DNA of 64,000 bases, taken from NCBI GenBank assembly GCA_032718475.1, contig JAUCBJ010004144.1:1-64000 (forward strand), written 5' to 3'. Source of the stretch: Nemertoderma westbladi (Eukaryota; Animalia; Xenacoelomorpha). The notes under the pieces are model-generated. The model was given only the letters and a program-made list of their open reading frames with translations, made no database searches and had not been told where the DNA came from. This document shows, piece after piece, positions 1 to 11,622 of this stretch; the first letter of the stretch is position 1, and each line of letters begins with the position of its first letter. The translations under genes were made by a program, and so were the position numbers.

Positions 1-171
1 GCAACCCTTACAATTTAGTAATAGCACGCTCCTGATCCCCTTTACTTAACAGTAGAGCAGTCTTCGTGTCTTATTGGTTAGGCGGGAACTTATTAGGTTG
101 GCAGAGAAGTATACCAGTATTTGTCTGTTCAACAGTTCTGCTGTTAGTATAGAGGTCGCGGTTGTTTATCA
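1..171 (+). mobile_element. 3' end of an LTR related to the BEL-C LTR, truncated by the window edge
   Basis: Matches the reverse complement of 40101-40271 with about 11 substitutions in 171 nt. Ends ...GGTTGTTTATCA and runs directly into satellite (CAAAGAATAGCTG). Confidence 0.9.
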
Positions 172-3100
172 CAAAGAATAGCTGATTACTTCTATAAATG
201 TAAGTGTTACCTGTTCTTTTGACTTTCGTTTAAGATTGTCTATCTCGTGGAGTGGGTTAGAAGACATGAATATGAAAATCAATGTCGTTTTTTGTAAAAA
301 ATCAGAGGAGATTTTAATAAATTATTGCTGAAAAACACCAAGGATTTTGACAAGGATTTAATACTCATTAGATTCATGAAATAGCTGAGAAATTTGAGGT
401 GAATTATTGCATTACATATTAACTTCGGCTCCAGCCGCTTTGGCAATACGATGAAACTATAATAAATATTCTAGAACACAACAATATTAACAGGGAGATA
501 GGCTACTTATCTCTTCACTCTGAGAGCCTCAAAAAGGGGGTGTTCTGACACAATCAAAATTCATCCATCTCCAGGGGAAAGACGAAGCAAAGAACAGCTG
601 ATTACTTCTATAAATTTAAGTGTTACCTGCTCTTTTGACTTTCATTTAAGATTGTCTATCTCTTGGAGTGGGTTAGAAGTCATGAATATGAAAATCGATG
701 TCGTTTTTTGTAAAAAATCAGAGGAGATTTTAATAAATTAATGCTGAAAAACACCAAGGATTTTGACATGGCTTTAATACTCATTATATTCATGAAATAG
801 CTGAGAAATTTGAGGAGAATTATTGTATCACATATTAACATCGGCTCCAGCCGCTTTGGCAATACGATGAAACTATAATAAATATTCTAGAACACAACAA
901 TATTAACAGGGAGATAGGATACTTATATCTTCACTCTGAGAGCCTCAAAAAGGGGGTGTTCCGACGCAATCAAAATTCATCCATCTCCTGGGGAAAGACG
1001 AAGCAAATAACAGCTGATTACTTCTATAAATGAAAGTGTTACCTGTTCTTATTACTTTCGTTTAAGATTCTCTATCTCGTGGAATGGGTTAGAAGTTATA
1101 AATATGAAAATCGATGTGGTTTTTGAAAAAAATCAGAGGATATTTTGATAAATTATTGCTGAAAAACCCCAAGGATTTTGACATGGATTTAATAGTTCAT
1201 TATGTTCATGAAATAGCTGAGATACTTGAGGTGAATTGTTGCATTATATATTAATTTCAGCTCCAGTCTCTTTGGCAATACGATGAAACTATAATAAATA
1301 TTCTAGAACACAATAATATTAACAGGGAGATAGGCTACTTATCTCTTCACTGTGTTACCAGTGTTACCTGTTCTTTTGACTTTCATTTAAGATTCTCTAT
1401 CTCATGGAGTGGGTTAGAAGTTATAAATATGAAAATCGATGTGGTTTTTGAAAAAAATCAGAGGATATTTTAATAAATTATTGCTGAAAAACCCCTAGGA
1501 TTTTGACATGGCTTTAATACTCATTATATTCATGAAATAGCTGAGAAATTTGAGGTGAATTATTGTATCACATATTAACTTCGGCTCCAGCCTCTTTGGC
1601 AACACGATGAAACTATAATTAATATTCTAGGACACAACAATATTAACAGGGAGATATGCTACTTATCTCTTCACTCTGAGAGCCTCAAATAGGGGGTGTT
1701 CTGACACAATCAAAATGCATCCATCTCCAGGGGAAAGACGAAGCAAAGAACAGCTGATTACTTCTATAAATGTAAGTGTTACCTGTTCTTATGACTTTCG
1801 TTTAAGATTCTCTATCTCGTGGAGTGGGTTAGAAGTTATAAATATGAAAATCGATGTCGTTTTTTGTAAAAAATCTGAGAATATTTTGATAAATTATTGC
1901 TGAGAGCCCAAGGATTTTGACATGGCTTTAATACTTCATTATGTTCATGAAATTACTGAGATATTTGAGGTGAATTATTGCATTACATAATAACTTTAAC
2001 TCCAACCACATAGCAATACGATGAAACTATAATAAATATTCTACAACAGAACAATATTAACAGGGAAATAGGCTACTTATCTCTCCACTCTGAGAGCTTC
2101 AGAAAGGTGGTGTTCCGATGCAATCAAAATTCATCCATCACCAGGGGAAAGCCGAAGCAAAGAATAGCTGATTACTTCTATAAATGTAAGTGTTACCTGT
2201 TCTTTTGACTTTCGTTTAAGATTGTCTATCTCTTGGAGTGGGTTAGAAGACATGAATATGAAAATCAATGTCGTTTTTTGTAAAAAATCAGAGGAGATTT
2301 TAATAAATTATTGCTGAAAAACACCAAGGATTTTGACAAGGATTTAATACTCATTATATTCATGAAATAGCTGAGAAATTTGAGGTGAATTATTGCATTA
2401 CATATTAACTTTGGCTCCAGCCGCTTTGGCAATACGATGAAACTATAATAAATATTCTAGAACACAACAATATTAAAAGGGAGATAGGCTACTTATATCT
2501 TCACTCTGAGAGCCTCAAAAAGGGGGTGTTCTGACACAATCAAAATTCATCCATCTCCAGGGGAAAGACGAAGCAAAGAACAGCTGATTACTTCTATAAA
2601 TTTAACTGTTACCTGCTCTTTTGACTTTCATTAAGATTGTCTATCTCTTGGAGTGGGTTAGAAGTCATGAAAATGAAAATCGATGTCGTTTTTTGTAAAA
2701 AATCAGAGGAGATTTTAATAAATTAATGCTGAAAAACACCAAGGATTTTGACATGGCTTTAATACTCATTATATTCATGAAATAGCTGAGAAATTTGAGG
2801 TGAATTATTGTATCACATATTAACTTCGGCTCCAGCCGCTTTGGCAATACGATGAAACTATAATAAATATTCTAGAACACAACAATATTAAAAGGGAGAT
2901 AGGCTACTTATATCTTCATTCTGAGAGCCTCAAAAAGGGGGTGTTCCGACGCAATCAAAATTCATCCATCTCCAGGGGAAAGACGAAGCAAACAACAGCT
3001 GATTACTTCTATAAATGTAAGTGTTACCTGCTCTTTTGACTTTCATTTAAGATTGTCTATCTCTTGGAGTGGGTTAGAAGTCATGAATATGAAAATCGAT

Positions 3101-6100
3101 GTCGTTTTTTGAAAAAAATCAGAGGAGATTTTGATAAATTATTGCTGAAAAACACCAAGGATTTTGACATGGCTTTAATACTCATTATATTCATGAAATA
3201 GCTGAGAAATTTGAGGTGAATTATTGTATCACATATTAAGTTCGGCTACAGCCGCTTTGGCAATACGATGAAACTATAATACATATTCTAGAACACAACA
3301 ATATTAACAGGGAGATAGGCTACTTATATCTTCACTCTGAGAGCCTCAAAAAGGGGGTGTTCCGACGCAATCAAAATTCATCCATCTCCAGGGGAAAGAC
3401 GAAGCAAAGAACAGCTGATTACTTCTATAAATGTAAGTGTTACCTGCTCTTTTGACTTTCATTTAAGATTGTCTATCTCTTGGAGTGGATTAGAAGTCAT
3501 GAATATGAAAATCGATGTCGTTTTTTGTAAAAAATCAGAGGAGATTTTAATAAATTATTGCTGAAAAACACCAAGGATTTTATACTCATTATATTCATGA
3601 ACTATTTGAGATATTTAATACGATGAAACTATAATAAATATTCTAGAACACAACAATATTAACAGGGAGATAGGCTACTTATATCTTCACTCTGAGAGCC
3701 TCAGATAGGGGGTGTTCCGACGCAATCAAAATTAATCCATCTCCTGGAGAAAGACGAAGCAAATAACAGCTGATTACTTCTATAAATGTAAGTTTTACCT
3801 GTTCTTATGACTTTCGTTTAAGATTCTCTATCTCGTGGAGTGGGTTAGAAGTTATAAATATGAAAATCGATGTCGTTTTTTGTAAAAAATCAGAGGAGAT
3901 TTTAATAAATTATTGCTGAAAAACACCAAGGATTTTGACAAGGATTTAATACTCATTATATTCATGAAATAGCTGAGAAATTTGAGGTGAATTATTGCAT
4001 TACATATTAACTTTGGCTCCAGCCGCTTTGGCAATACGATGAAACTATAATAAATATTCTAGAACACAACAATATTAAAAGGGAGATAGGCTACTTATAT
4101 CTTCACTCTGAGAGCCTCAAAAAGGGGGTGTTCTGACACAATCAAAATTCATCCATCTCCAGGGGAAAGACGAAGCAAAGAACAGCTGATTACTTCTATA
4201 AATTTAAGTGTTACCTGCTCTTTTGACTTTCATTTAAGATTGTCTATCTCTTGGAGTGGGTTAGAAGTCATGAAAATGAAAATCGATGTCGTTTTTTGTA
4301 AAAAATCAGAGGAGATTTTAATAAATTAATGCTGAAAAACACCAAGGATTTTGACATGGCTTTAATACTCAATATATTCATGAAATAGCTGAGAAATTTG
4401 AGGTGAATTATTGTATCACATATTAACTTCGGCTCCAGCCGCTTTGGCAATACGATGAAACTATAATAAATATTCTAGAACACAACAATATTAAAAGGGA
4501 GATAGGCTACTTATATCTTCATTCTGAGAGCCTCAAAAAGGGGGTGTTCCGACGCAATCAAAATTCATCCATCTCCAGGGGAAAGACGAAGCAAAGAACA
4601 GCTGATTACTTCTATAAATTTAAGTGTTACCTGCTCTTTTGACTTTCATTTAAGATTGTCTATCTCTTGGAGTGGGTTAGAAGTCATGAATATGAAAATC
4701 GATGTCGTTTTTTGAAAAAAATCAGAGGAGATTTTGATAAATTATTGCTGAAAAACACCAAGGATTTTGACATGGCTTTAATACTCATTATATTCATGAA
4801 ATAGCTGAGAAATTTGAGGTGAATTATTGTATCACATATTAAGTTCGGCTACAGCCGCTTTGGCAATACGATGAAACTATAATACATATTCTAGAACACA
4901 ACAATATTAACAGGGAGATAGGCTACTTATATCTTCACTCTGAGAGCCTCAAAAAGGGGGTGTTCCGATGCAATCAAAATTCATCCATCTCCAGGGGAAA
5001 GACGAAGCAAAGAACAGCTGATTACTTCTATAAATGTAAGTGTTACCTGCTCTTTTGACTTTCATTTAAGATTGTCTATCTCTTGGAGTGGATTAGAAGT
5101 CATGAATATGAAAATCGATGTCGTTTTTTGTAAAAAATCAGAGGAGATTTTAATAAATTATTGCTGAAAAACACCAAGGATTTTATACTCATTATATTCA
5201 TGAACTATTTGAGATATTTAATACGATGAAACTATAATAAATATTCTAGAACACAACAATATTAACAGGGAGATAGGCTACTTATATCTTCACTCTGAGA
5301 GCCTCAGATAGGGGGTGTTCCGACGCAATCAAAATTAATCCATCTCCTGGAGAAAGACGAAGCAAATAACAGCTGATTACTTCTATAAATGTAAGTGTTA
5401 CCTGTTCTTTTGACTTTCGTTTAAGATTCTCTATCTCGTGGAGTGGGTTAGAAGACATGAATAGGAAAATCAATGTCGTTTTTTGTAAAAAATCAGAGGA
5501 GATTTTAATAAATTATTGCTGAAAAACACCAAGGATTTTGACAAGGATTTAATACTCATTATATTCATGAAATAGCTGAGAAATTTGAGGTGAATTATTG
5601 CATTACATATTAACTTCGGCTCCAGCCGCTTTGGCAATACGATGAAACTATAATAAATATTCTAGAACACAACAATATTAACAGGGAGATAGGCTACTTA
5701 TCTCTTCACTCTGAGAGCCTCAAAAAGGGGGTGTTCTGACACAATCAAAATTCATCCATCTCCAGGGGAAAGACGAAGCAAAGAACAGCTGATTACTTCT
5801 ATAAATTTAAGTGTTACCTGCTCTTTTGACTTTCATTTAAGATTGTCTATCTCTTGGAGTGGGTTAGAAGTCATGAATATGAAAATCGATGTCGTTTTTT
5901 GTAAAAAATCAGTTGAGATTTTAATAAATTAATGCTAAAAAACACCAAGAATTTTGACATGGCTTTAATACTCATTATATTCATGAAATAGCTGAGAAAT
6001 TTGAGGTGAATTATTGTATCACATATTAACTTCGGCTCCAGCCGCTTTGGCAATACGATGAAACTATAATAAATATTCTAGAACACAACAATATTAACAG

Positions 6101-7411
6101 GGAGATAGGCTACTTTTCTCTACACTCTGAGAGCCTCAAAAAGGGGGTGTTCCGACGCAATCAAATTTCATCCATCTCATGGGGAAAGACGAAGCAAATA
6201 ACAGCTGATTACTTCTATAAATGAAAGTGTTACCTGTTCTTATGACTTTCGTTTAAGATTCTCTATCTCGTGGAGTGGGTTAGAAGTTATAAATATGAAA
6301 ATCGATGTGGTTTTTGAAAAAAATCAGAGGATATTTTGATAAATTATTGCTGAAAAACCCCAAGGATTTTGACATGGATTTAATACTTCATTATGTTCAT
6401 GAAATAGCTGAGATACTTGAGGTGAATTGTTGCATTATATATTAATTTCAGCTCCAGTCTCTTTGGCAATACGATGAAACTATAATAAATATTCTAGAAC
6501 ACAATAATATTAACAGGGAGATAGGCTACTTATCTCTTCACTGTGTTACCAGTGTTACCTGTTCTTTTGACTTTCATTTAAGATTCTCTATCTCATGGAG
6601 TGGGTTAGAAGTTATAAATATGAAAATCGATGTGGTTTTTGAAAAAAATCAGAGGATATTTTGATAAATTATTGCTGAAAAACCCCTAGGATTTTGACAT
6701 GACTTTAATACTCATTATATTCATGAAATAGCTGAGAAATTTGAGGTGAATTATTGTATCACATATTAACTTCGGCTCCAGCCGCTTTGGCAACACGATG
6801 AAACTATAATTAATATTCTAGAACACAACAATATTAACAGGGAGATATGCTACTTATCTCTTCACTCTGAGAGCCTCAAAAAGGGGGTGTTCTGACACAA
6901 TCAAAATGCATCCATCTCCAGGGGAAAGACGAAGCAAAGAACAGCTGATTACTTCTATAAATGTAAGTGTTACCTGTTCTTATGACTTTCGTTTAAGATT
7001 CTCTATCTCGTGGAGTGGGTTAGAAGTTATAAATATGAAAATCGATGTCGTTTTTTATAAAAAATCTGAGAATATTTTGATAAATTATTGCTGAAAGCCC
7101 AAGGATTTTGACATGGCTTTAATACTTCACTATGTTCATGAAATTACTGAGATATTTTAGGTGAATTATTGCATTACATAATAACTTTAACTCCAGCCAC
7201 ATTAGCAATACGATGAAACTATAATAAATATTCTACAACAGAACAATATTAACAGGGAAATAGGCTACTTATCTCTCCACTCTGAGAGCCTCAGAAAGGG
7301 GGTGTTCCGATGCAATCAAAATTCATCCATCACCAGGGGAAAGGCGAAGCAAAGAATAGCTGATTACTTCTATAAATGTAAGTGTTACCTGTTCTTTTGA
7401 CTTTCGTTTAA
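172..7411. repeat. Satellite array, ~416-bp AT-rich monomer with higher-order organisation
   Basis: The same spurious ORF recurs at 416-bp spacing (3852/4268). Deleted monomers of ~355 bp and shorter occur. Longer periods of 1603 bp (2665/4268) and 5191 bp (680/5871, 1715/6906). Confidence 0.97.
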
Positions 7412-7752
7412 CCGTTACAGGACTGGGCTATTTTCCGTGCACCAGGACTGGGGGGGGGTTGATTCCACCCCCCCTTCCATTTTGGATAATTACAGGCCAT
7501 TTTTTTTAAAAATTGGTAGTAATGTGAAAAAATAAATACCTAGCTCGTGTGTGATAAAAAATTATATTTTCGAGTTATGGGTGGCACCGAAACGGCACTT
7601 TTCGTGCACCCACTGAAAAAAATAAAATTTCAGTAAAACAAGTCAAAAAGTTACTTTCCGCCCGGTTTTATGGGTTTTCGACCCCACTGAATCCTACCTG
7701 ATGGTCCATATCGTCTCATAATGTTGATTTATGCCATTTTTTAGAAGCACCC

Positions 7753-8770
7753 AAATTTGAAATTTTCATGCCGCACCCACTTCTAGGATCCCCCGAAAAA
7801 TACCATCCCACTTGTCTGTGACATCTATCTATCGGTCTAAATCGATTCAGCGACCTCGAAAACCTCTGTACACAGAAAATTGACCTTTGGAAATGTGTAC
7901 TATTGAAAGTGAAAATTTGAAATTTTCGTGCCGTACCCACTTTTGTAGGACTCCCCGAAAAATACCATCCCACTTGTCTGTGACATCTATCTATCGGTCT
8001 AAATCGATTCAGCGACCTCGAAAACCTTTGTACACAGAAAATTAACCTTTGGAAATGAGTACGATTGAAAGTGAAAATTTGAAATTTTCGTGCCGCACCC
8101 ACTTTTGAAGGACTCCCCAAAAAATACCATCCCACTTGTCTGTGACATCTATCTATCGGTCTAAATCGATTCAGCGACCTCGAAAACCTTTGTACACATA
8201 AAATTGACCTTTGGAAATGAGTACGATTGAAAGTGAAAATTTGAAATTTTCGTGCCGCACCCACTTTTGAAGGACTCCCCGAAAAATACCATCCCACTTG
8301 TCTGTGACATCTATCTATCGGTCTAAATTGATTCAGCGACCTCGAAAACCTTTGTACACAGAAAATTGACCTTTGGAAATGAGTACGATTGAAAGTGAAA
8401 ATTTGAAATTTTCGTGCCGCACCCACTTTTGAAGGACTCCCCAAAAAATACCATCCCACTTGTCTGTGACATCTATCTATCGGTCTAAATCGATTCAGCG
8501 ACCTCGAAAACCTTTGTACACATAAAATTGACCTTTGGAAATGAGTACGATTGAAAGTGAAAATTTGAAATTTTCGTGCCGCACCAACTTTTGAAGAACT
8601 CCCCGAAAAATACCATCCAACTTGTCTGTGACATCTATCTATCGGTCTAAATCGATTCAGCGACCTCGAAAACCTTTGTACACAGAAAAATGACCTTTGG
8701 AAATGTGTACTATTGAAAGTGAAAATTTGAAATTTTCGTGTTGCACCCACTTTTGTGGGACCCCCAAAAA
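7753..8770. repeat. 162-bp tandem repeat (~6.3 copies) inside the piggyBac-like element
   Basis: GAAATTTTCGTG recurs at 7919, 8081, 8243, 8405, 8567 and 8729. Gives the 54-aa period of the minus-strand ORF. Confidence 0.95.
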
Positions 8771-9038
8771 ATGTATTCAGGGAAGTTTTGACGTAAAATG
8801 GACACCATTGTTCGATTCGGTATACCAAAAAACCTTTATAAACGAGAAACTGGCTGACAACATCAATCCTTTCAAAAGTTGCAAATTTTAGCTTGAAAAG
8901 TGCTGACATGTGTATAGAATTATATTCCCTAAATGCCGTGGATTTTCAAAATTTTATTTTATTCGAATTAACTTTGTAAAGATTGCTTTGAGTTCTCATT
9001 AGTATTGGTTCTATCTATTATGCATCTATCGGTCAAGT

Positions 9039-9125
9039 GGTTCAGTAGCTCAGTTGGTAGAGCGTTGGAAATTATATGTGTAGTAGGTATCGAGTTCGAA
9101 TCCTAGTAAGTGCGAATTATTTTTT
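9039..9125 (+). ncRNA. tRNA-derived Pol III cassette (A box, B box, T6) in U3 of BEL-A; not a complete tRNA
   Basis: A box TAGCTCAGTTGG (9046-9057) with intact D-stem GCTC...GAGC. B box GAGTTCGAATCC (9092-9103). T-run 9120-9125. Anticodon and acceptor stems do not pair. Confidence 0.65.
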
Positions 9126-9322
9126 GTGCAGAATTTCAACTCATTTAAATTAACCGCTACAAATTAATTGCATTTATCTGTACCAATAAGGCTGTAGTTA
9201 TTTGATTGTAACCAATGTCGTGCAAGTTATATATTAGCTGGACCAATAAGCTATCTTTAAAACCTTGTTAGAACCCATAGAACAATCGAGAATTTTCTCG
9301 ATTGATTGCAGCACAAATTTAG

Positions 9323-9329
9323 TATAAAA
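9323..9329 (+). promoter_or_regulatory. Candidate TATA box of the BEL-A LTR
   Basis: TATAAAA preceded by three CCAAT motifs (~9183-9247). Confidence 0.5.
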
Positions 9330-10814
9330 GGTGCGATTTCGTTCATTAGTTATCTCAATCACTTCAATATTCACATCATTATTCTGTCGTGCTTAGTTTA
9401 TTCTCAGATTACATTGTATTATAATTGTGTCTTCTGTAATAAAGTCAGAATATTCTCTCAGCTTTTCTGTTTTACTATGAATTCACTACGGTGAACAAAC
9501 TCAGGGACAGGATGGCCGGCTAGAGATCGGGCCGCAGCAATGAACGGGAACATCACGGGAATGTAGACGAGAGACAACCCGCAATACCATTTTAGAGTTA
9601 TTCGCCCATCGCCTGAAAGGTTAGACAGCGTTCGATCCTTGCTACCTAAGTGTAAGACCAAAAGATCAAAGGTAGACGTAGTGACACGCTGTGAGCCCAA
9701 AATTACATCATAGGGACTGTACTGTCTTGATTCAGGGAAAACCGCAGTAGACCTTCATATTCCTACGGGGGGAGGGAGAGAGAGCAGATACTAGTACGCA
9801 GATAGGACGTAGGCACACCGGTACAAGGCATACACATTGGTTAGGGTGCAGCAAACTGTACGCTTAACTCTTGCTAAGTACAGGTGTGTGTGCGACTATT
9901 TGCAGTACGACCGTGTCTATTACATCAGAACTTGTAGGCTAGGGGGTTGCTGTGTTTTCACCTGAATTGGGATTGTACCGTTCAGGCGGTAGGGCAGTTT
10001 ACGCTAGGCGCAAATAAATTGAGGCTATCAGGGATATACTAACATCTACCGTGTCCCCGCCAACGCCCTAATAGGAAGTTACCCGGACTACCTGGGTGAC
10101 TAAAATTCTAGATAGGAGCCAGGATAGCTATTAGTACCCGTACGCCTACAGTAGTAAACTAACACATCTCTTCTTAGTATCAGGGACCTGGTACCTAAAA
10201 TTGCCGAATTCTGGGCGTAGTATTAACCTTATGCCTGAATTTGAGTCCTGGAAATACGCAAGAGGGGAAGGAACCTTATCATTCGTGAGTATTGGACCTA
10301 CAAGTTATAAAATTAGAATATTCGTAAAATACACACCGTACCCAGTAATTATATATGTGAAGGAGCAAAACTGCTTTGACCGTTCAGAATTAACACACGC
10401 GCGTTAGAAATTATTTACACCTCAAAATATATAAAATTAACTTTCGTCCTTACTGCACTTTGCTCGCTAGTTAGACATCTCCAAATCTGCTCTATACCTA
10501 GCTAGCGTCCCTTTGCCCAACCATATAAATCACACCGCGGCAAAGTATACGAGCCTCTTAGTCCGTCAGTGAGTCAGCCTGATTTTAGGATTCGCTGCGC
10601 GGGATTTTGTTTTATCGAAGTTTGTCTGCTCGTAGACTGTTTTCTGCCTCACCGGTTAAAAGAGATCGATACTGCAATATATTCGCTACTTGGGGTTTAC
10701 TGTTTTGGTGAGAAGGTCGGATTTATGATTTGATTTACAAACTTTACAGTAGGATATTGCAGGTATTGTTACCGTCTCTTCCGATAGTAGGAATAGGCGT
10801 ATCTCTCCAATTTA

Positions 10815-10825
10815 GTAGGAATATG
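10815..10825 (+). promoter_or_regulatory. Non-tRNA primer-binding site of BEL-A (self-complementary to LTR)
   Basis: GTAGGAATATG directly follows the LTR, with no TGG. Exact reverse complement CATATTCCTAC at 9756-9766. Confidence 0.75.
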
Positions 10826-11622
10826 TTTTACTGAACTACGGTTCGGTAGGACTAAAGTTTTTTGAAAAATTTGTATTTTGAGGTAAAAATTTGTATTTGA
10901 TTAGCTAAGTGCTAATTTTTTGAAATAAAATTTGATTTGAACCGCGTGTAAAATTTTTTGGAATTGAATACCGGTGTTTAAAAGGGTTTAAATACCATAT
11001 TGTACCGGTACAAAATTTTCGTAAAGTAAAACCTAACTCTTTTGTTTTTCAGGATTCAGAACTCATTTCTAGACTGTAACGGGAGCAAGACCTCGTTTAG
11101 CAAGTTTGGGAGATAGATAACTCAACAACTTTGGTTGGGAAAATCGCGTTTCGTCCGCAACGTTAAAAACGGAAAGGTTCACGTCCGGTTTGTATCTGGG
11201 AATCTGTTTTTCTGGAGAATTATTGGAGTGGGTGAGTTTGAAAAGTTGCATAAATAAGTTAGGCATTACCGTATTAGTTAAAATTATTGTGGGTTCCACT
11301 GTCTCAAGTATTTATGCATTCCGTATGATTTCTTTGTTCATTGCTGAATTAGTCCGTATTATTGTATTTAATTTACCTTTTGATAACGCATATCGTTATC
11401 CGATTTATTTGTTGTAAAATTGGCCGCTAGGCTAATTTTATTATATACTTATTCCGTGACATTTATTTGCTGTAAAATTGGCCGTTTTAGGCTAATTTTA
11501 TCCATCTGCTATAAAATCAGCCGGTAGGCTAATTTTATAAGACTGTAATTAGTACCGTTTAGATATAAATACGGTAAACTCGATACTTTGACACTCACTT
11601 CACTTGACTTACAACTACCGAA

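Larger units (their letters stand above)
8913..10814 (+). repeat. BEL-A 5' LTR (TA...TA termini)
   Basis: Direct repeat of 23737-25638 at a constant offset of 14824. Starts TATAGAATT, ends CCAATTTA. Confidence 0.95.

Noticed and set aside
7753-8770. Possible CRISPR array (also considered for 35270-35880)
   Set aside because: Units are contiguous near-identical repeats without unique spacers; no cas genes; eukaryotic context.
7716-8909. 397-aa minus-strand repetitive ORF
   Set aside because: By-product of a stop-free 162-bp (3x54) repeat; no transposase or other domain motifs.
8911-8912. Canonical TG start for the BEL-A LTR
   Set aside because: This TG is part of the ATGTG TSD; the 3' LTR has GG at this position.
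9039-9112. Functional tRNA gene
   Set aside because: Only the D-arm and T-loop are recognisable; anticodon and acceptor stems do not form.
9700-9850. Self-cleaving ribozyme releasing the putative primer
   Set aside because: No hammerhead core (CTGANGA...GAAA) or convincing HDV-like fold seen by eye; an Infernal search would be needed.
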